Positions 1 through 9,065 of a DNA stretch of 64,000 nt are shown here, in pieces. The stretch covers positions 223,235-287,234 of the forward strand of contig JBITAJ010000004.1 of NCBI GenBank assembly GCA_044440125.1, written 5' to 3'. Position 1 is the first letter of the stretch; the number at the start of each line of letters is the position of its first letter. Both the position numbers and the translations under genes were made by a program. The notes under the pieces are model-generated. The model was not told the origin of the DNA. It was given only the letters and a program-made list of their open reading frames with translations, and searched no databases. Source of the DNA: Sedimentisphaeraceae bacterium JB056 (GTDB lineage: Bacteria > Planctomycetota > Phycisphaerae > Sedimentisphaerales > Sedimentisphaeraceae).

Positions 1-1310
1 CCATTAAAGTTAGACAAGAAATTCACATTCTGAATAACAGGAGAACTTCCGGAAGCAAACACTCCAATATAACTGTTTAGTATAGTAACATTCTTAAGAA
101 CACTTTCCCCATCTTCCCCGTCAATTAATGATACAGCAATTTGATCTCCGCCATCAATTATCACATCACCGCCTGCTCCTTCAACTGTTACAGGCTTACC
201 ATCAAAGTAGATATTCTCCTGATAAGTACCCGGAAAAACAATGATACGGTCATTTAAGGCCGCACTGTCAATCGCAAATTGAATAGTAGCAAAAGCAGTC
301 TCAGGGCTCAATCCATCATTATTGTCACTGCCGTAAATCCCGCCAACATAATAATCACCGCTTGCCGGTTCAACCATAATAGTTTTTTCTGCCATTGCCC
401 ACATACCGGAATCGTAATACAGAACAGCAATTGATCCCTCATAAGCCGGCGCAATTTCAGTAATCTTCACAAATCCGCTATCACTGATTTCAGCATACAG
501 ATTCGGGAAAAGCGACCAAGTGGCATCTTGAGTAACATCTACTATATTTCCATTATCATAATAGGCATAAGTTTTAAATTGAGCATTATTATTTACCAGA
601 GCAGGCCCTTCGATTTCTATTTTTGTTAGAATTGGTCCCTGCTGGCCATCTGAATATATTTTAACATTATCTATAGCAACCGAGTTGCCCAAATCACTGG
701 AACTGCTATTGCTTATGCGGAAAGAACCGAGACTCTCCGCACCAAGATCAACTGATTTTATGAGTGTGCCATCGATATATATGTTCCACTGCTGAAGTGT
801 TAAATCGACATCCATTCCAATATGGAAAGGCACTCCAGCCGAATAACTGTAATCCAATACACCTGCATCATTCGTACCCCAAATAGCGACACTGCCATCG
901 TCGTGAAATTTTAATGTACGAACACTTGGCGTATCAAGAACAAGCGTAAGATTTCCTGTAATACATTCAATGAGCACATCCATTTCTATATAATATTTAG
1001 GGAATGCTGCTGTAAAGGAATCGTCAAACCCAAAATAGATTTGGCTATAGTCAGTATTTCCGCCTGCACCATAACCTGACAAACTTAATGGCTGATCAGT
1101 TAAAGCTCCAACAGAGCTGACAACTTTGGGTTCACCGAATCGAATTTCTTTAGGTCCTTTTCTTGGTAGAACACCGTCATCAACAACTACAGTTTCGCCT
1201 AAAGTATGTGGTGGAGAGCTGAAATCTACATCATAAAGCAAAGTAGTTTGAGCTGCGCAATAGCAACAGCACAGCAAGATTAAGCCTAAAAATCCCCTAA
1301 TTCTCATCAT
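1..1310 (-). CDS. Secreted protein with a parallel beta-helix (pectin-lyase-like/DUF1565-type) region; 3' end runs off the window
   Basis: Absent from the ORF track; the two ends were translated by hand and are in the same frame. ATG at 1310 after GAAAGG gives MMRIRGFLGLILLCCCYCAAQ (signal peptide). Later sequence YYVGGIYGSDNNDGLSPETAFATIQFAIDSA...IIVFPGTYQENIYFDGKPVTVEG is a typical beta-helix lead-in. Confidence 0.75.
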   Translation of the reverse strand, partial: MMRIRGFLGLILLCCCYCAAQTTLLYDVDFSSPPHTLGETVVVDDGVLPRKGPKEIRFGEPKVVSSVGALTDQPLSLSGYGAGGNTDYSQIYFGFDDSFTAAFPKYYIEMDVLIECITGNLTLVLDTPSVRTLKFHDDGSVAIWGTNDAGVLDYSYSAGVPFHIGMDVDLTLQQWNIYIDGTLIKSVDLGAESLGSFRISNSSSSDLGNSVAIDNVKIYSDGQQGPILTKIEIEGPALVNNNAQFKTYAYYDNGNIVDVTQDATWSLFPNLYAEISDSGFVKITEIAPAYEGSIAVLYYDSGMWAMAEKTIMVEPASGDYYVGGIYGSDNNDGLSPETAFATIQFAIDSAALNDRIIVFPGTYQENIYFDGKPVTVEGAGGDVIIDGGDQIAVSLIDGEDGESVLKNVTILNSYIGVFASGSSPVIQNVNFLSNFN

Positions 1311-1491
1311 ATCACCTTTCCGGTTAATAGCGGCATCAACAAATTCTGATTTTCCCAAATTGAAACCTAAATATACCCAACGGCTTCAACTTTTCAATGT
1401 TTTATATTGAATTACCCGCAAAAACTTTAGGCAAAATCAAAACTCATACAAATGTCTAACATAAACAACATTTATCCTATTGCATATTACC

Positions 1492-1517
1492 GTAGGGAAC
1501 GCTGTCCTCAGCGTTCC
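1492..1517 (+). repeat. GTAG-type REP-like hairpin
   Basis: GTAG followed by a perfect 9-bp stem GGAACGCTG-TCCT-CAGCGTTCC. Confidence 0.5.
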
Positions 1518-1577
1518 GCAAACCCTGCCCCAAAAACAGTACCACGAATGAAAATGAGCGGGCAATCCCCATAAAAT

Positions 1578-1744
1578 CCTAATCCTTAATTCGTAATTAT
1601 TTTAGTGATCTTCGTGTAATTCGTGGTAAAATAACAATCCAGTAAACTCACTCAAAGTGTAAGCCATATTTTCTACTCGCTGCGAACTACGAACTACGAA
1701 CTACGAACTACGAACTACGAACTGTTAACTGATAACTGCTGACT
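1578..1744. repeat. Composite repeat, left copy (heptamer arrays with fixed linker and head)
   Basis: Three nnTAAT(T/C) heptamers, ATTTTAGTGATCTTCGTGTAATTCGTGG, AAGCCATATTTTCTACTCGCT, then nine heptamers (GCGAACT, ACGAACT x5, GTTAACT, GATAACT, GCTGACT). Direct copy at 7040-7221. Confidence 0.9.
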
Positions 1745-1841
1745 GATTTATTGCCAACTTTCAATTAACAATGAAATGCTCATGTCTCATTCGTCACAAT
1801 AGTCCCATTTTGTCCCTTAGACTTAGTGGCGGTGAGCCGTG

Positions 1842-2845
1842 ATTAATAACAGTAGAAATTTACTTAGTCCTTTAGACCTCTCTTCTCTTTGCCATTTTTC
1901 TTACTCATCTACAACAGTAGAAATTTACTTAGTCCTTTAGACGCAAAAACAAAAAGAGGGCCAGCTACTGATCTACAACAGTAGAAATTTACTTAGTCCT
2001 TTAGACACTAAATCCTACACGAATTCCGCCTCTGAATCTACAACAGTAGAAATTTACTTAGTCCTTTAGACTTATATAATTCAATGCCACTGCTGGACGA
2101 ATCTACAACAGTAGAAATTTACTTAGTCCTTTAGACATTTATATCTTTTTGTTTTATTGTATCAGGATCTACAACAGTAGAAATTTACTTAGTCCTTTAG
2201 ACCTCTGGTTTGACTCTCAATCATCTATCACATCTACAACAGTAGAAATTTACTTAGTCCTTTAGACCATACAACAATTAACAAGTGAGGAAACAATATC
2301 TACAACAGTAGAAATTTACTTAGTCCTTTAGACACCCAACATTACATGAAAATGTACCAATCTACAACAGTAGAAATTTACTTAGTCCTTTAGACCAGTA
2401 GCGTGGCACTATCTCCAGCATCGCATCTACAACAGTAGAAATTTACTTAGTCCTTTAGACTACCAAGATTTTCGACATACTTTCCTTGATCTACAACAGT
2501 AGAAATTTACTTAGTCCTTTAGACAATAGATAGCACCCTGCAAATCTTCATCAATCTACAACAGTAGAAATTTACTTAGTCCTTTAGACTTGATTTATCT
2601 TTAACTTTCTCATCGTAATCTACAACAGTAGAAATTTACTTAGTCCTTTAGACGAAGAGCAGCAGGTTGATGAGGATCAAATCTACAACAGTAGAAATTT
2701 ACTTAGTCCTTTAGACCAAGCAGATTATGTTTATCCGCCAAGCAATCTACAACAGTAGAAATTTACTTAGTCCTTTAGACCAAATACGTTTTTAGCGAGG
2801 CATTAAAATATCTACAACAGTAGAAATTTACTTAGTCCTTTAGAC
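1842..2845 (-). CRISPR. Type V-A CRISPR array: 16 repeats (15 identical, 1 degenerate terminal) and 15 spacers of 26-30 nt
   Basis: 36-nt repeat GTCTAAAGGACTAAGTAAATTTCTACTGTTGTAGAT on the minus strand, ending in the canonical Cas12a handle AATTTCTACTGTTGTAGAT. Plus-strand repeat starts: 1842 (degenerate), 1907, 1971, 2036, 2101, 2167, 2232, 2298, 2360, 2425, 2489, 2554, 2618, 2681, 2745, 2810. Confidence 0.99.
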
Positions 2846-3005
2846 AGCTATTTGCCAGTTACTACCATATAATGTGGTACTGCTCAAGATTGCTGTCATA
2901 TATATTGTAGGACTGTATATCATTTTATAAAAAATCAGCTCAAAACCCATTCTTAATTATCAATTTTTAATTTTTAATTGACATAATATTCTTCCATTTC
3001 TACAC
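2846..3005 (-). promoter_or_regulatory. CRISPR leader region
   Basis: 160-bp AT-rich stretch between the cas12a stop and the first perfect repeat; the degenerate repeat lies at the opposite end. Confidence 0.8.
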
Positions 3006-6000
3006 TCACTCTTGTTGAACAAAATCAAGCCAATCCTTATTACTTACAGCCTCAGCCTTACCGTTCTTTCTTATTTTATCCAACAACAGTAATCCCTTGC
3101 GGGCAATATTATACGCTCCATTCGCATCAGCATCGCACGGCAAGAAAGAATCCTGTGAACATCTTCGGGAATCAAAAAAATCTCCATTCGCATCGGCAAC
3201 AGGAGAAAGTATAAAATCAATCTCCTCTCCATTCTCTTTATAGCTATGCCTCAATTGTAGAGTAAGTCCAAGACAAAACATTACTTCACGATAAAAAGCC
3301 GCCGTCTCTTTCTTACCACTGCAAACACTCGTTATAGCTTCAATTAAATCACCGTTTGAATAGTCAATATTATTTTCTTTCAACACCTTTTTCAACCGCC
3401 CCGTTACATCATAACAGTTATATTTTCTCTCTTCCCTGTTATAACGGTATCGCTGCTTGCCATGCGTACAGATTGTCCACACCTTCTTATCTGCCGCTCT
3501 ATCAGTAAACTTGCTATAGTCCAACTCAAATTCAAAATAATCTTTCTCACTGTTATATTTAATACTATCAAACTTGCTTAAAAAATTACGGCTCTTATCA
3601 ACACTCTCATATTTCACCTTTACCAAACTGACAAACCCCGTTACAGGATCAATCTTGGAAGTATTCCAGGCAGGAACATAATACAAAAATCCGCTTTGCT
3701 TACCAAGCTTCTGAAAACTTTCAAACGGTGCGGTAAACTGATAAGCCTTCAGATAATGCCCGGCTTGCCCGAAATCTCTATCCTTAAACACAAGATAATT
3801 AAGTTTATCAATTAATGCCTTTTCAAACTTCTGATAAACCTGCTTCTCCACCTTAAAACGCCCACGCTTAAATCCAAAGTTTAAATCTTCAAGCACAACA
3901 ACCGCATTATGCTCTACCATAAGAGTCGCTATTTTATGTACAACATGCGAGAGATAACCGCTCTTTAACTCCTTGATATTTTCAACCGCTGTCCACGACT
4001 TACGCGCAGCATCCCGCTCTTTCTCCTTACCATCAAGCAACTGATGATAATCAGTTGTCTTGTATATTTTCTTGCCCCCGCTTACAAGATTATTGGTGAT
4101 TCTGTTCAATGAACCCTGCTCAATAATCTCACCTTCCTTATTAATAAGGCTGTAGTAAAGCAGATGTCTCTCACCTCGATCAATACCGATTATCTTCACA
4201 TCATTATCTGTTACATACTTATTAACCTTATCATTGAATTTACCGGCTATGCCGCCCTTGAAATTTAACGTGATAGGACAATGGAAAAAGAATTTATCTT
4301 TCGTAAATCGCTTGTCCTTTACAATATCATAATCAAACTTACTGTATTTCTTTTCCGAAAGCGGATTCTTATTTGCTAAAGCTTCATTTTTACGATGAAT
4401 CACAACTTCATTTTTCTTCTTATCTAAAGAAGCCTTGCGGAAAAACACCTCCGCCTGACCATTGAGCTTCAAGACTAGGTCATTAAGATTATTTTGATTA
4501 AACAACAGCTTCCAATAACTTGTATGAAGATTAGGACGCCCCTTGCTGTAAGGCGAAAAATCCTTACTGTATATCTCAAACAAATAAAGCTCCCCACTGG
4601 CTATCTTTGACTCAATATAGCTTGCCTTGATTTTATCAAATGACATATGATAGCCATCATTAGCAACTTGCTTGTAAAAAGAACTAACATCAGAATAATC
4701 CTTCGTAGGTAAAAAATCAAAATTGAAATATTTACTCCACTCAGGATGTTTAGAAAGCGAGACTTTCATAAATTCTATCCACTTATGGAGAGAATCTATA
4801 TCATCTGCATCCTTCTTGAATAAACCATTATCCCTGATATTATTCAATTCTTCTGAAGGTGAATAAAAATCAATATTCTTTTTACTGAAAAACACTTTCG
4901 GCAGCATCTTAGATGGATCGGGAAGTAATTTATACACCATCTTTTCAAAATAATCATCAGTAACATCTGCTAAAGCTTCATTCGCAATATCTTGCTTCTG
5001 CTTTGCTTTCTTCTCTGAATCTTCCGCCGATGCAATATAATCAAACATCTTATTGGCACTTTTCTTCATAATACCAAGATAATATTTTCCTCCTCTAAAA
5101 AGCAAAACGGAAGTATTGTCTGTTTCCTTGCTCACATCCCAACCATCAAGCAAAGTGCTGTTCTCAAAATTTATCTTAAATTTATCTGTCGAGTAAGGCT
5201 TTTTAGTAACATGATTTCTGACCTTATTATAAATCACAAAACATTTATCAAGCTGTCTGTAAGCTTCATTAAAACTGTCATAAAAATCAATGTTTACCTC
5301 AGCAATCTCTATTTTCTTGCCGCCTTTTACCATAAACAGCGGACGCAGGAATTGCCCAACAGAAAGCAGACTGTCAAGATAAATACGAATCTTCTCTACC
5401 TGCTTGAACCCTTCTTTATCAATCCTTCTGTCTTTATGCAATTGTTCAAGTTCAAGTACTGGTTTAAGTTCCTGATATGACTGCTCAATTAAAGAAGCAA
5501 ACTCTTCGCCATCTCGCTGAAAACCCTTAAAGTATTGACAAATATCCTTAGTCTCAATATCCTCATTTTCTACAAGATAAATATCGACAGCTTCCTGCAC
5601 CTCTTTAATCGAATAACAATCCCTCTTATCCCATTGTTCTTTTTGTTTCTTTGTAAGCGTTAAATAATTTTCTGCATAATTATTCAATGCATCACCAACA
5701 ACCGACCACTGCCCCCATACGGCATTGGATATACCTGTAAGCTCTAAAGCCTTAACATATATTTTGTCACTGTTTTCAGCAGTCAAATACTCATTCAGTA
5801 TATTTTTGATTGTAGATAATAGTTCAGTCGCTAACAGTTGGCTATGCAAATCCTTTATAGCGTTAAATACTTCCTTGTCATCAACAAACTTATCAACAAT
5901 AAATCGGCTGTCAATATCACTCAATATCTGCTTATACAAAATCGCCATCTTAGGCAATTCTCGTGCCTTTATATGATTTTTTTGCCCAAATTCATTTATA

Positions 6001-6839
6001 AGCTGATTAACTCCTTTAGCATTTATATCATCAGATTTATGTCCGATTTTCTCGTTATATTCAGTTATACCACTCTGACTTAAACACTGCGTAAAAGCAG
6101 AAGGCTTGAACATCTCACTATATTCTGAAAGCAATTTAGCTAATTCAGGAAACTTCTTTTCAATTCTGTCAAACCTGATACAGTTATCAAAATGCTTGGT
6201 TAAATTCTCGTTAACTATTCGATAAGAAATAGCCGTTTGCTGATCTTTATCACTGTAAACATTATCACGGTTTTGATTGAAGCCGGTAAAATAAGTACTG
6301 AACTGGTTAAAATTACTTACATATTTTACTCTGTCCTCAAATTCTTCCTGAGAAATATCCTCATTTTCATATTCTTTTTTAAGCCAATCCCAAAGACGCC
6401 CCTTAGTCTTCTTCGCCCCGCTGCCTGATTCATTGACAAGTTTACTAAATTTACCCTTGTAAAGATGGTAATCCTTGCTTTTTGCAGCAAATGCCTTACC
6501 TATTTTCTGACGCATCTCCTTTTGCCGCCTAACTAACTTGTCTTTCACATCTTTGCCCGCACCGGAAGCCTTAGCCTGACAATATTTATCCGCATAATCT
6601 TCTAATTCCGCTTTGGTGAAAATTTCTTCGCTCAAAACCTCCTCTATAAAAAACCGATGATAATCATCCAATATCCTCTTCATCTGTATATAATCTTGCG
6701 CACGCTGCCTATCTTCAGCAACAATACTCTTTAACCCCTCATTCTTAAAATCCTCAATCCGCTCAGCGGTCTCCCCAACCGCTCGGAGTTCAAAGCGAAG
6801 TGTTTTGCTCAATGAGTAGCAATTTGTAAATTCCTGCAT
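3006..6839 (-). CDS. cas12a: Type V-A CRISPR effector Cas12a (Cpf1)
   Basis: N-terminal EFTNCYSLSKTLRFEL; WED GWDVSKE; PI KMLPKVFF; RNase site NLHTSYW...KLNGQAE; RuvC IGIDRGERHL, VLEDLNFGF, DADANGAYNIARKG. The start is probably the second ATG (6839) because the RBS AAGGAG abuts the ATG at 6845. Confidence 0.98.
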   Translation of the reverse strand: MQEFTNCYSLSKTLRFELRAVGETAERIEDFKNEGLKSIVAEDRQRAQDYIQMKRILDDYHRFFIEEVLSEEIFTKAELEDYADKYCQAKASGAGKDVKDKLVRRQKEMRQKIGKAFAAKSKDYHLYKGKFSKLVNESGSGAKKTKGRLWDWLKKEYENEDISQEEFEDRVKYVSNFNQFSTYFTGFNQNRDNVYSDKDQQTAISYRIVNENLTKHFDNCIRFDRIEKKFPELAKLLSEYSEMFKPSAFTQCLSQSGITEYNEKIGHKSDDINAKGVNQLINEFGQKNHIKARELPKMAILYKQILSDIDSRFIVDKFVDDKEVFNAIKDLHSQLLATELLSTIKNILNEYLTAENSDKIYVKALELTGISNAVWGQWSVVGDALNNYAENYLTLTKKQKEQWDKRDCYSIKEVQEAVDIYLVENEDIETKDICQYFKGFQRDGEEFASLIEQSYQELKPVLELEQLHKDRRIDKEGFKQVEKIRIYLDSLLSVGQFLRPLFMVKGGKKIEIAEVNIDFYDSFNEAYRQLDKCFVIYNKVRNHVTKKPYSTDKFKINFENSTLLDGWDVSKETDNTSVLLFRGGKYYLGIMKKSANKMFDYIASAEDSEKKAKQKQDIANEALADVTDDYFEKMVYKLLPDPSKMLPKVFFSKKNIDFYSPSEELNNIRDNGLFKKDADDIDSLHKWIEFMKVSLSKHPEWSKYFNFDFLPTKDYSDVSSFYKQVANDGYHMSFDKIKASYIESKIASGELYLFEIYSKDFSPYSKGRPNLHTSYWKLLFNQNNLNDLVLKLNGQAEVFFRKASLDKKKNEVVIHRKNEALANKNPLSEKKYSKFDYDIVKDKRFTKDKFFFHCPITLNFKGGIAGKFNDKVNKYVTDNDVKIIGIDRGERHLLYYSLINKEGEIIEQGSLNRITNNLVSGGKKIYKTTDYHQLLDGKEKERDAARKSWTAVENIKELKSGYLSHVVHKIATLMVEHNAVVVLEDLNFGFKRGRFKVEKQVYQKFEKALIDKLNYLVFKDRDFGQAGHYLKAYQFTAPFESFQKLGKQSGFLYYVPAWNTSKIDPVTGFVSLVKVKYESVDKSRNFLSKFDSIKYNSEKDYFEFELDYSKFTDRAADKKVWTICTHGKQRYRYNREERKYNCYDVTGRLKKVLKENNIDYSNGDLIEAITSVCSGKKETAAFYREVMFCLGLTLQLRHSYKENGEEIDFILSPVADANGDFFDSRRCSQDSFLPCDADANGAYNIARKGLLLLDKIRKNGKAEAVSNKDWLDFVQQE

Positions 6840-6936
6840 TTTCATCTCCTTAAATCATTAGTATTAAAAGTATAATATTAAACTCTGCCTCACAAACATC
6901 AAGAAAAAACAATAAATCATCTCCACCTCACGGCGA

Positions 6937-7011
6937 AAGCCATATTATCTACTCGCTGCTATCTGCAAACTGCGAACTGATAATTGATAACTGTTAACTG
7001 AATCGCGTCTT
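6937..7011. repeat. Composite repeat, partial copy
   Basis: AAGCCATATTATCTACTCGCT, six heptamers, GAATCGCGTCTT. Confidence 0.85.
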
Positions 7012-7039
7012 TGCGTTAAAAAATTCCGTCTCCATCATC

Positions 7040-7221
7040 CCTAATTCCTAATTTGTAATTTATAATTATTTTAGTGATCTTCGTGTGATTCGTGGGCAAG
7101 AATACCCAATCAATCATCACAGTATAAGCCATATTATCTACTCGCTGCGAACTGCGAACTACGAACTACGAACTACGAACTGATAATTGATAACTGATAA
7201 TTGATAACTGAATCGCGTCTT
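7040..7221. repeat. Composite repeat, right copy
   Basis: Four nnTAATT heptamers, ATTTTAGTGATCTTCGTGTGATTCGTGG, AAGCCATATTATCTACTCGCT, nine heptamers, GAATCGCGTCTT; same orientation as 1578-1744. Confidence 0.9.
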
Positions 7222-7225
7222 AGCG

Positions 7226-7680
7226 CCTAATGCCTTTTGCCAAGTGCCCTGTGCCTATCCAATAGCAACATAGTGTTAAAACCCTCGTTTTTTTCGAGTC
7301 CGATGAGACTTTTCCAAATTTCGCCCCATTTTTGACCAAAAATCGTCAAAAAGTGAACAAAAAGCGCGCGTTTGGGCGCATTTGAGACCACTTTGGCCTC
7401 AATTTAGGCCCAAAAAAGTTATACTATCTTGCTATTCAAGACAAACCAAGTGTCCAAGTTGCTTGCATTTTCGCACAAAATCACTCATTTACACCCCCGC
7501 CAAATCCCCAAAAATTAATTTTTTCAATTATCCATTATCAATTGTTTAACACCTTTCAAACATTTCACACTTTTCGCACCTTAAAACATTATTAATCAAC
7601 AACTTACTCGACATACTATTGCCTATTACCTTTTGCCTTGCTCCTCTAATGCCTCTTGCCAAGTGCCTACTGCCTACCTA
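7226..7680. repeat. Two TGCC-type degenerate heptamer arrays
   Basis: CTAATGCCT(T/C)TTGCCAAGTGCC at about 7227-7248 and 7647-7668, each within 7-periodic TGCC runs. Confidence 0.7.
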
Positions 7681-7859
7681 TAAAAAAAAGCACAAACGCG
7701 CAAGCTGCCTTAAACATGCATACTGGCATCAATTTTATCTCCAATTAACGGCTATGACCATAAATTCTTTGACTTTTACGGCTAAAAACGGATACTAATG
7801 CGGTTTTAGAGTAACAAAAACAGACAAATTTACATATACAAACAAATATTTGGTGAAAT

Positions 7860-8960
7860 ATGGCATTAAGCATAGGAATAGTCGGACTGCCGAACGTCGG
7901 CAAGAGTACAACATTTAACGCACTGACCAAGGCTCAGAACGCCGAGGCCGCGAACTATCCGTTCTGCACGATTGAGCCCAACAAGGCCATCGTCCCCGTA
8001 CCGGATAAAAGACTCTATAAGCTGGCGGAAATCGTAAACCCCAAGCGTGTGCAGCACGCGACCGTGGAGTTTGTGGACATCGCCGGCCTTGTAGCAGGTG
8101 CGAGCAAAGGCGAAGGACTTGGCAACAAATTCCTCGGCAACATCCGTCAGACATCAGCCATCGTACACGTAGTACGCTGCTTTGATGATGATAATGTGGT
8201 GCATATTGCCGCCCATCCCGATCCAGTGCGTGATGTCGAGATCATCGAGACCGAACTGATCTTCGCCGACCTCGAACAGCTTGAGCGTAAAATGGAGCGA
8301 CTGGCAAAGCTTGCCCGCATGGATAAGAAGCTTCAGCCGACCCTTGATATCGCCGCATCTGTGAAAGAGCATCTCGAAAACGGCAAGCCGGTAAGCCTCT
8401 ACCCCGACCAGGAAAACGAGACTTTCCAGGAATTCGTAAACGAAATGGGCTTCATCACGGCAAAAACAGTGATTTTCGCCGCTAATGTTGACGAAGAAGC
8501 TCTGCTTGAGGACAACGAATACGTAACCGCACTTCGCAAAATCGCCTCAGACCGCGGCTGCGAGATCGTAAAGCTCTGCGCAAAACTCGAAGAAGACATG
8601 GTCGACATGACCGATGAGGAAAAACACGAATTCCTCGACTCAATGGGTATTGAAGAAAGCGGCCTTGAAAAAGTAATCCATAAGGGTTTTGATGCTCTGG
8701 GCCTGATGACATACTTCACTGCCGGAGTTCAGGAAGTACGTGCATGGACAATCGGCAAAGGCTGGACAGCCCCGCAAGCGGCCGGCGTAATCCACACAGA
8801 TTTTGAACGCGGCTTCATCAGAGCCGAAGTGATTTCATACGATGACTTCGTTGAGCACAACGGCGAAGCAGGAGCAAAAGCCGCCGGCAAAATGAGTGCC
8901 AAAGGCAAGGCATACGTAATGGAAAACGGCGACGTAGTCCACTTCCTGTTCAACGTATAA
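7860..8960 (+). CDS. ychF: Redox-regulated ATPase YchF
   Basis: GIVGLPNVGKSTTFNAL, NYPFCTIEPN, DIAGLV and a C-terminal TGS-like domain (AAGVIHTDFERGFIRAEV). Confidence 0.98.
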   Translation: MALSIGIVGLPNVGKSTTFNALTKAQNAEAANYPFCTIEPNKAIVPVPDKRLYKLAEIVNPKRVQHATVEFVDIAGLVAGASKGEGLGNKFLGNIRQTSAIVHVVRCFDDDNVVHIAAHPDPVRDVEIIETELIFADLEQLERKMERLAKLARMDKKLQPTLDIAASVKEHLENGKPVSLYPDQENETFQEFVNEMGFITAKTVIFAANVDEEALLEDNEYVTALRKIASDRGCEIVKLCAKLEEDMVDMTDEEKHEFLDSMGIEESGLEKVIHKGFDALGLMTYFTAGVQEVRAWTIGKGWTAPQAAGVIHTDFERGFIRAEVISYDDFVEHNGEAGAKAAGKMSAKGKAYVMENGDVVHFLFNV

Positions 8961-8971
8961 AGAAATAAATC

Positions 8972-8998
8972 AAGGCGGAGCATAAAAAACTCCGCCTT
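8972..8998. terminator. Hairpin terminator after ychF
   Basis: AAGGCGGAG...CTCCGCCTT stem between convergent genes. Confidence 0.75.
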
Positions 8999-9065
8999 AA
9001 CATACATATTAGCAGTAACGCGTCAGCCGCTCTTTAATCTGACATAGACTTGATCCAACTCCAAA

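Noticed and set aside
1661..1690. TTTTCTACT in the flanking repeat resembles the crRNA handle AATTTCTACT
   Set aside because: No GTAGA stem partner follows, and the other two copies read TTATCTACT.
1878..2809. Self-targeting spacers
   Set aside because: No convincing protospacer seen by eye in this window; a computed search of the whole genome is needed.
2996..3003. ATTTCTAC as an anti-repeat or tracrRNA-like segment
   Set aside because: Only 8 nt, and Cas12a processes its own crRNA with the RNase motif intact.
6929..6934. CACGGC upstream of cas12a matches the first 6 nt of the trailer insert, suggesting an autoregulatory guide
   Set aside because: Only 6-7 nt of identity and no TTTV PAM; expected by chance.
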